A DNA stretch of 64,000 nucleotides from Polyangiales bacterium (GCA_038231275.1 JBBRLQ010000002.1:192001-256000); one strand, 5' to 3'; numbered from the stretch's first letter, positions 37,920 through 49,124 are shown. Notes: generated from the sequence alone by a model not told the origin. Made by a program: numbers and translations.

Positions 37920-39176
37920 ATGAACAAGAGTGTGGTGTCGGTCCTTGCTCTTTCGGTCGCGCTCGCGGGGCTCAGTCCCGTGGCGCAAGGCTGCAGCGGC
38001 TCCAAGGGGAGCAGCGGGTTCGACGGCACGAGCAGCTCCAGTGGCTCGAGCGGCTCGAGTGGATCGAGCGGCGCGAGTGGGAGTTCCAGCGGCGCAAGCG
38101 GCACGAGCGGCAGCTTGCTCGGCGACGGCGGCTCGAGCGGCGGCCTCGGCGACGCGGGCTGCGCGACGGCGACCGCGAGCGCATCGCGCTTGCCCGTCTA
38201 CATGCTCATCGCGCTCGATGGCTCCGGCAGCATGGCGAGGGATCCGTCGACCGGAGGCCCCGTCCAGAAGTGGAACGCGGTCGGCCCCGCGCTCGACGCG
38301 ATCTTCGACGACGTCAAGTCGCAGAATGACCCCTCGTTCGCGATGGGCATGTTCGTATTCTCCGATCAGAACGATCAGACCTGCGGGGGCTTCCCCACCT
38401 CGTGTGACGGTCCGTACCCCCAGGCCAACGACGTCCCGATCGGTAACGTCGATCAAGCGCACCACGACGCGCTGCGCGGGCGCGTCGACAGCACGCAGCC
38501 GCTCGACGGCACGCCGTCGAAGGCGGCCATGAACGGCGCGTACGCGGAGCTCAATGCCTACACGCCCACGGCGCCGGTCCCGCCCAACGGCAAGAAGGTC
38601 TTCGTCTTCATGACGGACGGCGTGCCGAGCGACAACAAATTCAAGGCGACCAACGCCGCCGCGCTCACAGCGACGGCGCTTGGCCAGGGCATCCTGACCT
38701 TCGCGGTCGGCATCGGCGACTTCCCCTCCAACGACACCGCGAGTTACGATCCGGCGTTCATGGGCGCGATCGCCCAGGCGGGCGGCGCCGCGCCGGCTGG
38801 CTGCAACCCGAGCGAGAACACCAACGTCGCGAACGTGTGCCACTTCCAGGTGACGCCCGGCAACAAGACCGCCGCGCAGCTCACGCAGGACTTCATCGCC
38901 GCGATCAACAAGATCCGCGGCCAGGTGGCGAGCTGCGAGTACCTCCTCGACAAGTCGAAGACCGGCACCGTGGATCCCACGCAGGTCAACGTCGTCTACA
39001 CCGACGGCAGCGGCAAGGTGCACGATCTCGTCCAGGATCCGGGCAACGGCTGGACGTACGACAATCCCAGCAACCCCACCAAGGTCATCCTGCACGGGAC
39101 CGACTGCGATACGGTGAAGGCGGATCCGAAGGGGTCGATCTTGATCGTTCTGGGCTGCAAGACGATCACGAAGTGA
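37920..39176 (+). CDS. von Willebrand factor A domain lipoprotein
   Basis: AQGC lipobox, Ser/Gly linker, MIDAS DGSGS, GTP, MTDGVP, C-terminal GWTYDN...C...LGC. Confidence 0.88.
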   Translation: MNKSVVSVLALSVALAGLSPVAQGCSGSKGSSGFDGTSSSSGSSGSSGSSGASGSSSGASGTSGSLLGDGGSSGGLGDAGCATATASASRLPVYMLIALDGSGSMARDPSTGGPVQKWNAVGPALDAIFDDVKSQNDPSFAMGMFVFSDQNDQTCGGFPTSCDGPYPQANDVPIGNVDQAHHDALRGRVDSTQPLDGTPSKAAMNGAYAELNAYTPTAPVPPNGKKVFVFMTDGVPSDNKFKATNAAALTATALGQGILTFAVGIGDFPSNDTASYDPAFMGAIAQAGGAAPAGCNPSENTNVANVCHFQVTPGNKTAAQLTQDFIAAINKIRGQVASCEYLLDKSKTGTVDPTQVNVVYTDGSGKVHDLVQDPGNGWTYDNPSNPTKVILHGTDCDTVKADPKGSILIVLGCKTITK

Positions 39177-39928
39177 GCGGCGCGCGCCTCGTCACGATCG
39201 GCATCAGTCACTTCTGCGAGAAGGCGCGGTGGGCGCTCGATTGGACGGGGACGCCGTTCGTCGAGGAGGCCCACGCGCCCGGGATGCATTTCTTCGCCAT
39301 GCGTCGCGCGGGAGGGCGCTCGACGCCGATCCTCGAGATCGACGGGCGCGTGCTCCGTGACTCCACGGAGATCCTGGACGCGCTCGATGTGCGGGCGACG
39401 GACGAGAAGAAGCTCTTTCCCACCGACGCGGCGCTCCGGAGCGAGGCCGCCTCGCTCGAGGACGACTTCGACGAGAAGCTCGGCCCCGCGGTTCGGCGCG
39501 CGATGTACCACCTCCTTCTTCCGCACCGCGAGGCCGCGCTCGAGGCGATGACCGCGGGCGTGCCGGCCGGCGAACGACGGGCGATGCGTGTCGGCTTCCC
39601 GGTCCTCCGTGCCCTCATGCGACGCTCGCTCAAGATCGACGCGCCAGGGGCCGCGCGATCGCGCGCCGTGGTCGATCGCGTATTTTCGGAGGTGGAGGAG
39701 CGCCTTCGCGACGGCCGCCGCTACCTCGTGGGTGATCGCTTCGGCGCCGCCGATCTCACCTTCGCCGCCCTCGCCGCGCCCGCGCTGCTCGCGCCCGGAT
39801 ACGGCTCACGTATGCCGGACGTCGACGAGGTGCCGCCCGACGTCGCCGCCCTCGTACGGAGGCTGCGCGCCACGAAGGCCGGCGAGTTCGGGCTTCGTCT
39901 GTACCGCGACCACCGCGCCTGCGCGTGA
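39173..39928 (+). CDS. Glutathione S-transferase family protein
   Basis: ISHFCEKARWALD, TPIL, DSTEIL, YLVGDRFGAADLTFA. GTGA overlap with the previous stop. Confidence 0.88.
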   Translation: MSGARLVTIGISHFCEKARWALDWTGTPFVEEAHAPGMHFFAMRRAGGRSTPILEIDGRVLRDSTEILDALDVRATDEKKLFPTDAALRSEAASLEDDFDEKLGPAVRRAMYHLLLPHREAALEAMTAGVPAGERRAMRVGFPVLRALMRRSLKIDAPGAARSRAVVDRVFSEVEERLRDGRRYLVGDRFGAADLTFAALAAPALLAPGYGSRMPDVDEVPPDVAALVRRLRATKAGEFGLRLYRDHRACA

Positions 39929-39948
39929 CCCTCGCGCGCCGCGCGCGG

Positions 39949-40905
39949 CTAAAAAGTCCCCACGCACGCGAGGCCGAGGCCCGCGGGACCGCACGACGCT
40001 GCCGTGCTCGCCGGCACCTTCGCGGACGGGGCCGTCGCGAGCAGGATGACGCCGCCGACGGTGAGCGCGCCACCGCCGATGAAGCCGACGATCGAGACGG
40101 TGCGCCACGAGTTCGCGGTGGAGATGTAGTCCTGACACGCCGCAGGTTGCTGCGCGCTCCCGCGGCCCGGACAGGACGCGTCGTCGTTGTAGCTTCCTAC
40201 CGCGCCCTGACGCGCGACGACCGCGATTACGCCGGTCACGAGCAGCGCGGCGCCGGTGCCGACGCCGACCCACCCGAGGACGCGCTGCGTGGAGCCGGGC
40301 TCGCTCGGCGCGACGATCTTCGGCGGATTGGCGACCGACGGCGAGGAGACCGCAGGATCTTCGCGGACCAGCTCGATGGTCTCGCGCGTCGTTCGGCCGG
40401 CGACGATCTCGGTCGCGCGCGACGCCGAGTGGTAGCCACGCGCGCGGATCTCGAGAGAGCGGCGACCGACCTCAACGCGCCATGGCGCGGACATCGGCAG
40501 GACACCGATCCGCGCGCCGTCGACGACGACCTCGGCTCCGGGCGCGCCGCCGAGGACCTCGAGGCTGCCGACGTGCTGCTTCACGACGTCGAGCGCCGCG
40601 GTGAGCGCGACGCGGTTCTTGTCGATCCACGCGTCGTCCCGAGCGTCGAGCGCCGCGGAGAGGTGCGCCTCGGCGGACACCCAGATCCCCAGCGCCTGCT
40701 CGGCGAGGGCGACCTGCGCGCGCGTCCGCGGCGACGGCGCGATCTCGTCGGCGCGGCGAAATAGGACGAGCGCCTGATCGTCCTTGCCCTGCTTGCGTAG
40801 CTCGAGGCCTCGCGCCACGAGCTGCTCGGCGTCCTCGGCGCGCGCCATCCGCGGGGCGAGCGCGAGCGCCACGGCGATGGCCAGCACGAGCACGCGACGA
40901 TGCAC
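39949..40905 (-). CDS. TPR + PEGA domain exported protein
   Basis: Signal peptide, TPR helices, GAEVVVDG...G.LP...GY PEGA motif, C-terminal hydrophobic hairpin. Confidence 0.8.
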   Translation of the reverse strand: MHRRVLVLAIAVALALAPRMARAEDAEQLVARGLELRKQGKDDQALVLFRRADEIAPSPRTRAQVALAEQALGIWVSAEAHLSAALDARDDAWIDKNRVALTAALDVVKQHVGSLEVLGGAPGAEVVVDGARIGVLPMSAPWRVEVGRRSLEIRARGYHSASRATEIVAGRTTRETIELVREDPAVSSPSVANPPKIVAPSEPGSTQRVLGWVGVGTGAALLVTGVIAVVARQGAVGSYNDDASCPGRGSAQQPAACQDYISTANSWRTVSIVGFIGGGALTVGGVILLATAPSAKVPASTAASCGPAGLGLACVGTF

Positions 40906-40932
40906 GAACGCGAGCCTACCTCACCGCGCGCC

Positions 40933-42381
40933 TTAATTCAGGATGGGCGCGCCGTTCGGGGAGACGGGCGGCGCAACGGTCGGCGTGGTCGGCGGGGGCG
41001 GAGCTTGCGTGGCCGTGCTGGTGGCGGCGACGCTCGACCCCTTTCCGCTCCGAGGCCGCGCGTCCTTCGGCGTTCGCCCGGGCGGAACGGCGGGCGAAGG
41101 CGCGCTCGAGGCCGCGGCGGCCGCAGCGAGGGGCAGCGCGTTCGGATCCATCGCGGGAGGCGGCGGGGGTGAGGGCGGCGGCGGCGGCGACGGAGCTGCG
41201 GCCTTCGACGTGACGGCTGCAACGGGCGCACTCTCTGCGGGCGCGGGAGGTCGGCGCGTCGCCACGGCGTACAGCGCGATCGCGGCCGTGAAGGCGACCG
41301 CGGCGCCCGCGGCGAGGCCACCCGCGAAGGTGCGTCGGCGGCTCGGAGGCGCCTTGTTGCCCGACCCCGTCGCGCCCCACGTCACGCCGGTCCCGGCCTT
41401 GTCCTGGCTCGGCGCACGCACCGACTCTCGAGGCACCTCGAGCTGATCGACCGTGTCCACCAGAGACCGCCACGGCCGATCGAGGGCGCCTCGCTGGGCG
41501 CTCGACGAGAAGGGCTCGATCGCCGCCGCCAGCTGCGCCACCGTCGCGTAGCGCTTCGCGGGATCCTTCTCGAGGCACCGCATGATCATCGCGACGAGCT
41601 CGGGAGGCAGGCCTTCCCGCAGCGCGCCGAGCGGCTCGGGCGGCTCCGATGTCACCTTGAGGCACAGCTCGGTCACGGTCTCCCCGTCGAAGGGGACGCG
41701 CCCCGCGAGGAGCTCGTACAAGATGACGCCGAGCGACCACACGTCGCTTCGCGCGTCGGCGTTCCGCGCCGCGCGCATCTGCTCGGGTGCCATGTACAGC
41801 GGCGAGCCGAGGACGACCGTAGAATCGGTGAGCGAGAGCTGACCGATGGCCGCCGGCCCCGTCGCCTTGAAGATGCCGAAGTCGAGCACCTTCACGAGCG
41901 GGCTCCCGTTCATGCGGCGCGTGACGAAGAGGTTCTGCGGCTTGAGATCGCGGTGGATGATGCCGTTCGCGTGCGCCTCGATGAGCGCCTCGCAGGCTTG
42001 CAGCACGTACTCGGTCGCGTCGCCTACCGTGACCGGCGCCTGGCGACGCGCGAGCTTCGCGAGATCCGACCCCTCGAGCAGCTCCATCACGATGAACGGC
42101 GCGCCCGTCGCGAGCGTGCCGACGTCGTACACACGGGCGATGTGCTCGCCCTTCAGGCGCACGCTCGCCTTCGCCTCGCGGAGGAAGCGCTCGACCGACT
42201 CCGGCCCCTTGAGCGCGCCGGGCAGGATGAACTTCAAGGCGACGCGCTGCTCGATCGCAGTGTGCGTCGCGGCGACGACCACGCCCATTCCGCCGGCGCC
42301 GAGCACCGCGTCCACGCGGTATTTTCCGGCGACGATCTCTCCGATCTCGACAGGGGGTTTTCGATGCTCGTCGTCCCGCAT
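40933..42381 (-). CDS. Ser/Thr protein kinase (Hanks type, membrane-anchored)
   Basis: [37 protein letters not shown]. Confidence 0.95.
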   Translation of the reverse strand: MRDDEHRKPPVEIGEIVAGKYRVDAVLGAGGMGVVVAATHTAIEQRVALKFILPGALKGPESVERFLREAKASVRLKGEHIARVYDVGTLATGAPFIVMELLEGSDLAKLARRQAPVTVGDATEYVLQACEALIEAHANGIIHRDLKPQNLFVTRRMNGSPLVKVLDFGIFKATGPAAIGQLSLTDSTVVLGSPLYMAPEQMRAARNADARSDVWSLGVILYELLAGRVPFDGETVTELCLKVTSEPPEPLGALREGLPPELVAMIMRCLEKDPAKRYATVAQLAAAIEPFSSSAQRGALDRPWRSLVDTVDQLEVPRESVRAPSQDKAGTGVTWGATGSGNKAPPSRRRTFAGGLAAGAAVAFTAAIALYAVATRRPPAPAESAPVAAVTSKAAAPSPPPPPSPPPPPAMDPNALPLAAAAAASSAPSPAVPPGRTPKDARPRSGKGSSVAATSTATQAPPPPTTPTVAPPVSPNGAPILN

Positions 42382-42455
42382 TCGGCGGTTCGAAGCCTAG
42401 CATCGAACGGCGTTTGCGCTTCCGCTGGGGCGCCTCCGGAGTACGCTCGGCCTTC

Positions 42456-43769
42456 GTGAAGACCGTCGCCCGTTTCGTGAGCCTTTTCATGCTGGCAGCG
42501 TGCTCCTCGCCGCGCCCGCCGATTCCTTCGAGCCCCGCGGCAAGGGCGGACCTGCCGAGGGCCACCCCTTCGGCCGGCTCCTCCCCTGCCCCCTCCTCCT
42601 CTCCGCCCTCCTCCCCGCGCGCCCCCGAGGCCAAGGCCATGACGACGTTCGACGACGAGGTCGCGTTCCTGAAGAAGCGCGGCGGCGTGATCGTGCTCAG
42701 GTCGAAGGGCGGTGGCGTGGTCGCCGTGTCCCCGAGCTACCAAGGGCGCGTCATGACGAGCGCCGTCGCCCCGAGCGCGCCGAGCCTCGGCTTCGTGCAT
42801 CGCACCTTCATCGAGAAGGGCGCGACGGGAACACCGTTCGACAACTACGGCGGCGAGGATCGGTTCTGGCTCGGTCCCGAGGGCGGCCAGTTCGCGCTCT
42901 ACTTTCCGAAAGGCGCGCCCTTCGCGTTCGACAAATGGCAGACGCCCGCCGCGTTCCAGCTCGGCGAGTGGCCGATCAAGCACGACAGCCCGACCGAGGT
43001 GACGTTCGAGCGCGACATGACGCTGACGAGCTACGCCGGCACGACGTTCACGCTCAAAGTGACGCGCACCGTGCGCCTCCTCTCCGAGGCCGACGTGCGC
43101 GCGCGCGCCGGCGCGGCGATCCCGGCGGGCGTCGCGTGGGTGGCCTTCGAGACGGAGAACCGCATCACGAACACCGGCACGACGCCGTGGACGAAGGACA
43201 AGGGCCTGCTCAGCGTGTGGATCCTCGGCATGTACAACCCGAGCCCCGACACGCACGTCATCGTCCCGTTCGAGCGCGCCGCGAAGGGCGAGATCGTGAA
43301 CGATCGCTACTTCGGCAAAGTCCCCGCCGAGCGCCTCGCCGTCCGTGAGGCCGAAGGCGTGCTCGTCTTCTCGTGCGACGGGACATACCGCAGCAAGATC
43401 GGCCTCGGCCCGGCGCGCGCGAAGCCGCTCCTCGGCAGCTACTCGCCGAGCGCGCGCCTCCTCACGCTCGTCCACTTCGACAAACCGGCGGGCGCGACCG
43501 ATTACGTCAACAGCATGTGGGAGACGCAGAAGCAGCCGTTCGGAGGCGACGTCGTGAACAGCTACAACGACGGGCCGACGGAGCCGGGGAAGCCGTCGCT
43601 CGGCGGCTTCTACGAGCTCGAGACGAGCTCACCCGCCGCCGCGCTCGCGCCCGGCGCCTCGCTCGTGCACACGCACCGCACGATGCACCTGGTGGGCGAC
43701 GAGTCGGCGCTGGAGGTGCTCGCGAAGCCCGCCCTGGGCATCTCGCTCGCGGCGGTCCGAGCGAACTGA
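42456..43769 (+). CDS. Conserved hypothetical lipoprotein (DUF6786-like, mutarotase-like fold)
   Basis: LAAC lipobox, QGRVMTS, GGEDRFWLGPEGGQF, NSYNDGP, FYELETSSP. Confidence 0.7.
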   Translation: MKTVARFVSLFMLAACSSPRPPIPSSPAARADLPRATPSAGSSPAPSSSPPSSPRAPEAKAMTTFDDEVAFLKKRGGVIVLRSKGGGVVAVSPSYQGRVMTSAVAPSAPSLGFVHRTFIEKGATGTPFDNYGGEDRFWLGPEGGQFALYFPKGAPFAFDKWQTPAAFQLGEWPIKHDSPTEVTFERDMTLTSYAGTTFTLKVTRTVRLLSEADVRARAGAAIPAGVAWVAFETENRITNTGTTPWTKDKGLLSVWILGMYNPSPDTHVIVPFERAAKGEIVNDRYFGKVPAERLAVREAEGVLVFSCDGTYRSKIGLGPARAKPLLGSYSPSARLLTLVHFDKPAGATDYVNSMWETQKQPFGGDVVNSYNDGPTEPGKPSLGGFYELETSSPAAALAPGASLVHTHRTMHLVGDESALEVLAKPALGISLAAVRAN

Positions 43770-43778
43770 TTTCGGCGT

Positions 43779-45062
43779 CTATTTGAGCGCGAACGCGGCC
43801 AACGCCAGCGCGAGAACGAGCGCGATCGACACGTATTTCCAGAGCTCACGATCGCGCACCGCTTCGGGCCGAGGCGGCGACGGTGCTCTGGGCGCCGGAC
43901 GCGACGCGGGCTTCTTCTTCTTCTTCTTGGCGGCTGGCGAAGCGGGCGGCGGAGGCGGGGGAGGAGGCGCCTTCACCTCGACCGACGACACGCGATCCTC
44001 GTCGCGCCCCTCGCCCGCACCGCGCTTCACCTCCGGCAACGCGAGCGGCGGCGGCATCGTCTGCGGGCGTACGGGCCTCGTCTTCGCGACCTTGAGCCAC
44101 GCGGTCTGACGCGCGAGATCGCCGACGAACAACTCCGCGAGGTACGCCTCCAGCGTGGCGCCGTTGGGACGCTCGGCCGCCGGCAGCGTCGCGAGGAACG
44201 CGTCGAGATCGGCCGCCATCGTCGCCGCGGTCGGGTAGCGATCCTCGGGTTTGGGCTGGAGGGATCGCTCGACGATCCTCCAGAGCTCCTTGGGATACTC
44301 GGGCATGCTCGTGGTGAGCTTGGGGACCTGCGCCTGCCGGATCGCGTCGATCGTCGCGATGTCGCTGTCGCGCTTGAAGAGGCGCTTGCCCGATCCGAGC
44401 TCCCACAGCGTGGTTCCGAGCGAGTAGAGATCGCTCCGGCCGTCGACGCGATCCTGGAGGATTTGCTCGGGCGAGAGGTACGGCACCTTCCCCTTCACGA
44501 TGCCGTCGCCGGTCTTCGCGCGCTGGTTTCGCATCTTCGCGAGACCGAAGTCGATGAGCTTCACGCGGCCGTCGAACGCGAGGAAGATGTTGCTTGGGTT
44601 CACGTCACGGTGAATGACGTGGAGGGACTGCCCCTCTTCATCCGCGAGAGTATGCGCATGCTCGAGGCCGTCTGCGACGCGCGCGCAGATCCACGCCCCG
44701 AGGGCCAGCGGCACGCGCTCTCCTTTGGCGGCGAGCAGCTCCCACATGTCCATGAGCGAGCGGCCGATGAGAAGCTCCATCGCGATGAAGCGATTCGCCC
44801 CGGTGACGCCGAACTCGAGCGTCTCGATGATGTTCGGGTGGCTGAGGCGCGAGAGGACCTTCGCCTCGTCGAGGAACATGTGGATGAAGGTCTCGTCCTG
44901 CGCGAGCTCGTCGCGAATGACCTTGAGGGCGACGAGCTGCTCCTTCGCGCCATCCATCTTGCGCCCGATGTAGACCGTCGCCATACCTCCCCCCGCGATC
45001 TTCGCGCCGACGTCGTACGGGCCGAGTCGGGTGGGCGGCTGCGGGCTGGCGGTCGCGGTCAA
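43779..45062 (-). CDS. Ser/Thr protein kinase with C-terminal TM; start (TTG) uncertain
   Basis: GGGMATVY, VALK, HRDVNPSN, DFGLAK, KGKVPYLSPEQ. Confidence 0.92.
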   Translation of the reverse strand: MTATASPQPPTRLGPYDVGAKIAGGGMATVYIGRKMDGAKEQLVALKVIRDELAQDETFIHMFLDEAKVLSRLSHPNIIETLEFGVTGANRFIAMELLIGRSLMDMWELLAAKGERVPLALGAWICARVADGLEHAHTLADEEGQSLHVIHRDVNPSNIFLAFDGRVKLIDFGLAKMRNQRAKTGDGIVKGKVPYLSPEQILQDRVDGRSDLYSLGTTLWELGSGKRLFKRDSDIATIDAIRQAQVPKLTTSMPEYPKELWRIVERSLQPKPEDRYPTAATMAADLDAFLATLPAAERPNGATLEAYLAELFVGDLARQTAWLKVAKTRPVRPQTMPPPLALPEVKRGAGEGRDEDRVSSVEVKAPPPPPPPPASPAAKKKKKKPASRPAPRAPSPPRPEAVRDRELWKYVSIALVLALALAAFALK

Positions 45063-45125
45063 GGGTGGTCTCGTGGGGACAGCAGGAGGGTAGCCGGGTT
45101 TCTCTTCGAGTGTACCATTCCAAGG

Positions 45126-45656
45126 GTGGGGCCCGTGCTTTACTCCGCCCGCCTCGAGATGCGCCCGATCACGCTCGCGATCGTGGAGGCGGTGATGACG
45201 GGGCGGCGGGAGGACGTCGAGGTGCTCGCAGGTGCGCGGGTGCCCGAGGCATGGCCGGGGCGGGCGCTGGTCGAGGTCGCGTTCTGCGCCTCGCTCGAGA
45301 ACATCCGCGCCGATCCGGAGACGCGACTGTGGGGCGACCGCCTCATGATCGCGCGCGAAGGCGAGCCGCGCGTCGTGGGGAGCGTGGTCTTTCACGGGCG
45401 GCCAGGCGCCGACGGGCTCTGCGAGATCGGCTACGGCGTGGCCGCGGAATCGCAGCGGCTGGGCTTTGCGACGGAGGCGGTCGCCGCGTCGGTGGGGTGG
45501 GCGCGCGCGCAGCCGGAGGTGAAGACCATCCAAGCCACGACCTTCGGGTGGCATTTTGCCTCGATCCGCGTCCTCGAGAAATGCGGATTTTCCCAGGCGG
45601 GCACGAGGGACCACGAGACGCTGGGAGAGCTCCTCGTCTACGAGCTGCGACGGTAG
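45126..45656 (+). CDS. GNAT (RimJ/RimL-like) acetyltransferase
   Basis: EIGYGV...QRLGFATEAV...ASIRVLEKCGF. TACCAT 7 nt upstream. Confidence 0.88.
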   Translation: MGPVLYSARLEMRPITLAIVEAVMTGRREDVEVLAGARVPEAWPGRALVEVAFCASLENIRADPETRLWGDRLMIAREGEPRVVGSVVFHGRPGADGLCEIGYGVAAESQRLGFATEAVAASVGWARAQPEVKTIQATTFGWHFASIRVLEKCGFSQAGTRDHETLGELLVYELRR

Positions 45657-45665
45657 ACGCGTGCC

Positions 45666-48600
45666 TCACACGCGCAAGAGCACACCTCGCGCGGGGGCTC
45701 CCGTCGCGCGCGCGATGGCATCGACGTACGTGGTGACCTGCGCGGCGTAGCGCTCCCGGCCCGACGCCGCGAGCTCGATGTCCGTTTTGTAGTCGACGAC
45801 GATCCACGTGCCGCCCTCTTCGAACGCGAGATCGACGACGCCCTCGATGAGCTCGCCGTCGGCGCTCGTGAGCGAGACGAAGACCTCGCGACGGCAGTCC
45901 TTGCTCGCGGCCGCGCGTCGCATCACGGGGTGCGCGAGCGCCGCCGAAGCCGCCTCCGCCGCGGCGTTCGCTTCGTCCTCCGGGGCACCGACGAGGCGCG
46001 CTTGGCTCTCGGCGATCTTCGCGACCACCGCGGGAGACGCGCCAAGCGGCGCCTCGGCGAGGACAGCGTGCACGAGCGTTCCGAAGCGCTTGTGGTGCGG
46101 CCGTCCCTCGCGACGATCCACGACCTCGAGGAGCTCGACGTCGGGCGTCGCGACCTTTCCGCCCTCCTTGGCGGCCTCCGTTGCCGTGCGCACGCGAAGC
46201 TCCGGCACGCCACCCCGCGCGAGGCGCCCCTCCCGCGCGTCCTTCCACGCTTGATGCTGCTTCACGCCGTCGGCCGCTGCCTTTCCATCTTTGTCGGCCT
46301 CGAGGAGCTTGCGCTGCCGGAGCCCCGCCTCGTTCTCCTTGCCGAGCTCGAGCGCCGTCGGATCCCACCACACGACGCGGTGAGCGCCGTGCGTGAGATG
46401 AAGACCTGGAGCGACCGAGGTCTCCGCGCTCCTCTGCGCTTTGTCGGGCCACTCGAGCACTGTGTCGCCGCCCGTGAACGTCGGGCAGCCCGGCGCCGGC
46501 TGCGGCAACCTTTGATCGCGCGGCGCGGGGTAGAGCGCGACGTCGAGCATGTCGAGCCAGCCCTCTTGCGCTCCGTCTCCGAAGGCGGGCACGACGAGCA
46601 GATCGCGCGCGCGCGTCGCGGCCACGTAGCCAAGGCGCACGGCCTCGTCGCGATCGCGGCGGAGCACCTCGTCGCGATGGACGTCGAGATCGCGCGGCGT
46701 GCAGCCGCAGAGTGGCATCGCGCAGAGCTTCGCGTCGGTGTCCGTGAAGCGCGACGGCTCGCGCATCGTCTTCGGCGCGAGCGGATCGACGAGGATGACC
46801 ACGGGAAACTCGAGACCCTTCGCCCGGTGCACGGTCATGAGCCGAACGCCGTCGGTCCCCTCCTCGACCACCGGCGCCTCGGGCGCTCCACCGCGCGCGG
46901 CGTCGTCCTGCATGCGCTGCACGAACGCGCGAAAGCTCGTCGCCGCCGACGACGGGCTCGCCTCGAAGCGACGCGCCAGATCCAAGACGCGCAGGATGTT
47001 GGCGAGCGCCTGCTCCCCGGTCGGCCAGATCGCGACTCCGGCGTGCGCGCGCGTCTGGTCGAGCAGGCGAGCCAGCGTGTCCGCGATCGGCCGACGATTT
47101 CGTGCAAAATGCAGCTCCCGCAAGATCGCGATGGCGTCCCACACCTCGCCGAGCTGCGCCTCGAGCCCCTCGCGCGGCAAGGCGCGCAAGAGGTGGAACG
47201 AGCCGGCGCGATCCTTGTACGCGAGGAGCAGATCGTCCCCCAGCGCGAAGAACGGTCCGCGCAGCGTCGCGAACACCGACAGCTCGTCGTCCGGCCACTC
47301 GATCGCCGAGAGCGCGTTGCGGAGCGCCATGACCTCCTCGCGCGCGTGGTACGAGCGGCCGCCCATGAGCACGTGGGCCACGCCGCGCGCCTCCAGCGCA
47401 CGCACGTATGCGCGCGTCTTGTCCTCCCCGAAGCTCGAGAAGCGCTTGAAGAGCAGACACACATCGCGCGCCTCGAGCGGCCGCGTGACCCCCGCGCGAT
47501 CCCGCTCGGTCACGGTCCATCCGCTCCGGCGAACGAGCCAATCGACGAACGCGCCCACCGCGTCGGGGAGCGACTCGTCGACCTTCCACGAAACGATCTT
47601 GCCGTAGTCGCTGTAGGGCCGCGGCACGCCGAGGGCGACGATCGACGGGCGCGCGAGCGAATCGTGCCGACCAGGCGGCGCCTCGAGCGCCACGTACGAC
47701 GCCTGGCTCCCGTCGTCGCCCCCCTTCATCACACGCGCGAAGGCGTCGTTGACGAAGCGCTGGATCTCCGGCGACGCGCGGAAGCTCGTGACGAGGTGCA
47801 CGACCTTGGCGCCTTGCTCGACGAGGCGCCGCTTCGTTCGCTCGTAGAGCGCGACGTCGGCGCGGCGAAAACGGTATATCGACTGCTTCGGATCGCCGAC
47901 GACGAAGAGCTTTCCCGGTCGCACGCGCACCTTGCGGGCGTCGCGCTCCTCGGGGTCGTCGGCGGCGAGGAGCATCAGGATCTCGGCCTGGAGCGGATCG
48001 GTGTCCTGGAACTCGTCGACGAGGAGGTGCGTGAAGCGGCCCTGCATCGAAGCGCGCACGTCACGGTTGGTCGCGAGGAGATCGCGCGCGCGGACGAGGA
48101 GATCGAGGAAGTCGAGCTTCCCCGCGCGTCCCTTGAGCGCCTCGTACCGCTCTACCAGCGGCCTCATCTCCTCGTGGAGCTGCGCGGCGAGGCTCGCGTC
48201 GAGATCGGAGAGCACACGATCGAGCTCGCCTTTCACGCGCGCGCGCCGATCGAGCACGTCGGAGCGGAGGATGCCCTTTCCGTAGTTCTTGCCGTAACCC
48301 TTCCAGCCCCAGCTCCGCTTCTTGCCCAGCTCGCGTAGCTCCGCCTCGAGGCCGTCGTAGTCGCGTGGGCGCACGCGCTCGCGGCGATCCAGCTCCTCCA
48401 TGAAGCGCGCGAGCTCGGCGAGCCCCTTCTGGAGCCAGTCGTCGCTGCCCGAGGCCTGCGCAGCGAACCCGGCGAGCTCCCCGAGCGCGAGGAGGAGCGC
48501 GTCGATCTCCGCGTGGCGATCCATCGGCACCTTCGTCCATGGGGCGCTGAAATCGCGCTGATCGACGAGATCGAGCCCCGCGCGACGGAGCGCCTCGCGC

Positions 48601-49124
48601 GGTCCGGCGGCGTCGCGATCGCGCGATCGTCGCCGCAGCACGCGCCGCACGCCCTCCTCGGGTCCCTGGAGCTGCTTCTGGAACCAGTCGTCGAAGGCCT
48701 CGTCGAAGATTCGCTCGCGATCCTCGTCGGCGGCCATCTCGAACATCGGATCCACCGCGGCTTCGATCGGTCGCTCGCGCAGCAAGTCGGCACAAAAGCC
48801 GTGGATCGTGCCGATGTGCGCTTGCTCGAGCTGACGAAGGGCGCGATCGAGGTGCTGGCGCTCCGTGGGCGTCGTCTCGCTCCGCGCGCGCGCGGCCTCG
48901 ACGCCGGCGCGCAGGCGCAGCTTCATTTCGCCCGCTGCTTTTTCGGTGAACGTGACGGCGACGATGTTGGCGAGCTCCGCCTTGCCGCGCACGACGAGGG
49001 CGAGCATGCGCGCGACGAGCTCGGTCGTCTTGCCGGTACCGGCGGCGGCCTCGACGACGAGCGTGGCGTCGAGATCGTTTCGGATCGCGTCGCGCGCGTC
49101 TTGATCGAGGAGCGGCGCGCTCAT
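45666..49124 (-). CDS. addA: UvrD-like helicase + PD-(D/E)XK nuclease (AddA/RecB-like)
   Basis: AAAGTGKTT, VTFTEKAA, TIHGFC, DEFQDT, GDPKQSIYRFR, MTVHRAKGLEF, YVAATRARD, GVVDL...DYKT. ATG at 49124. Confidence 0.9.
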   Translation of the reverse strand: MSAPLLDQDARDAIRNDLDATLVVEAAAGTGKTTELVARMLALVVRGKAELANIVAVTFTEKAAGEMKLRLRAGVEAARARSETTPTERQHLDRALRQLEQAHIGTIHGFCADLLRERPIEAAVDPMFEMAADEDRERIFDEAFDDWFQKQLQGPEEGVRRVLRRRSRDRDAAGPREALRRAGLDLVDQRDFSAPWTKVPMDRHAEIDALLLALGELAGFAAQASGSDDWLQKGLAELARFMEELDRRERVRPRDYDGLEAELRELGKKRSWGWKGYGKNYGKGILRSDVLDRRARVKGELDRVLSDLDASLAAQLHEEMRPLVERYEALKGRAGKLDFLDLLVRARDLLATNRDVRASMQGRFTHLLVDEFQDTDPLQAEILMLLAADDPEERDARKVRVRPGKLFVVGDPKQSIYRFRRADVALYERTKRRLVEQGAKVVHLVTSFRASPEIQRFVNDAFARVMKGGDDGSQASYVALEAPPGRHDSLARPSIVALGVPRPYSDYGKIVSWKVDESLPDAVGAFVDWLVRRSGWTVTERDRAGVTRPLEARDVCLLFKRFSSFGEDKTRAYVRALEARGVAHVLMGGRSYHAREEVMALRNALSAIEWPDDELSVFATLRGPFFALGDDLLLAYKDRAGSFHLLRALPREGLEAQLGEVWDAIAILRELHFARNRRPIADTLARLLDQTRAHAGVAIWPTGEQALANILRVLDLARRFEASPSSAATSFRAFVQRMQDDAARGGAPEAPVVEEGTDGVRLMTVHRAKGLEFPVVILVDPLAPKTMREPSRFTDTDAKLCAMPLCGCTPRDLDVHRDEVLRRDRDEAVRLGYVAATRARDLLVVPAFGDGAQEGWLDMLDVALYPAPRDQRLPQPAPGCPTFTGGDTVLEWPDKAQRSAETSVAPGLHLTHGAHRVVWWDPTALELGKENEAGLRQRKLLEADKDGKAAADGVKQHQAWKDAREGRLARGGVPELRVRTATEAAKEGGKVATPDVELLEVVDRREGRPHHKRFGTLVHAVLAEAPLGASPAVVAKIAESQARLVGAPEDEANAAAEAASAALAHPVMRRAAASKDCRREVFVSLTSADGELIEGVVDLAFEEGGTWIVVDYKTDIELAASGRERYAAQVTTYVDAIARATGAPARGVLLRV

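Noticed and set aside
41866-41883. Kinase motif DFGIFK instead of the usual DFGISK/DFGIAK
   Set aside because: A single substitution outside the catalytic residues; could be natural or a base-call error.
43911-43928. (CTT)6 microsatellite as a phase-variation tract
   Set aside because: In-frame poly-Lys within a kinase linker; slippage would not shift the frame.
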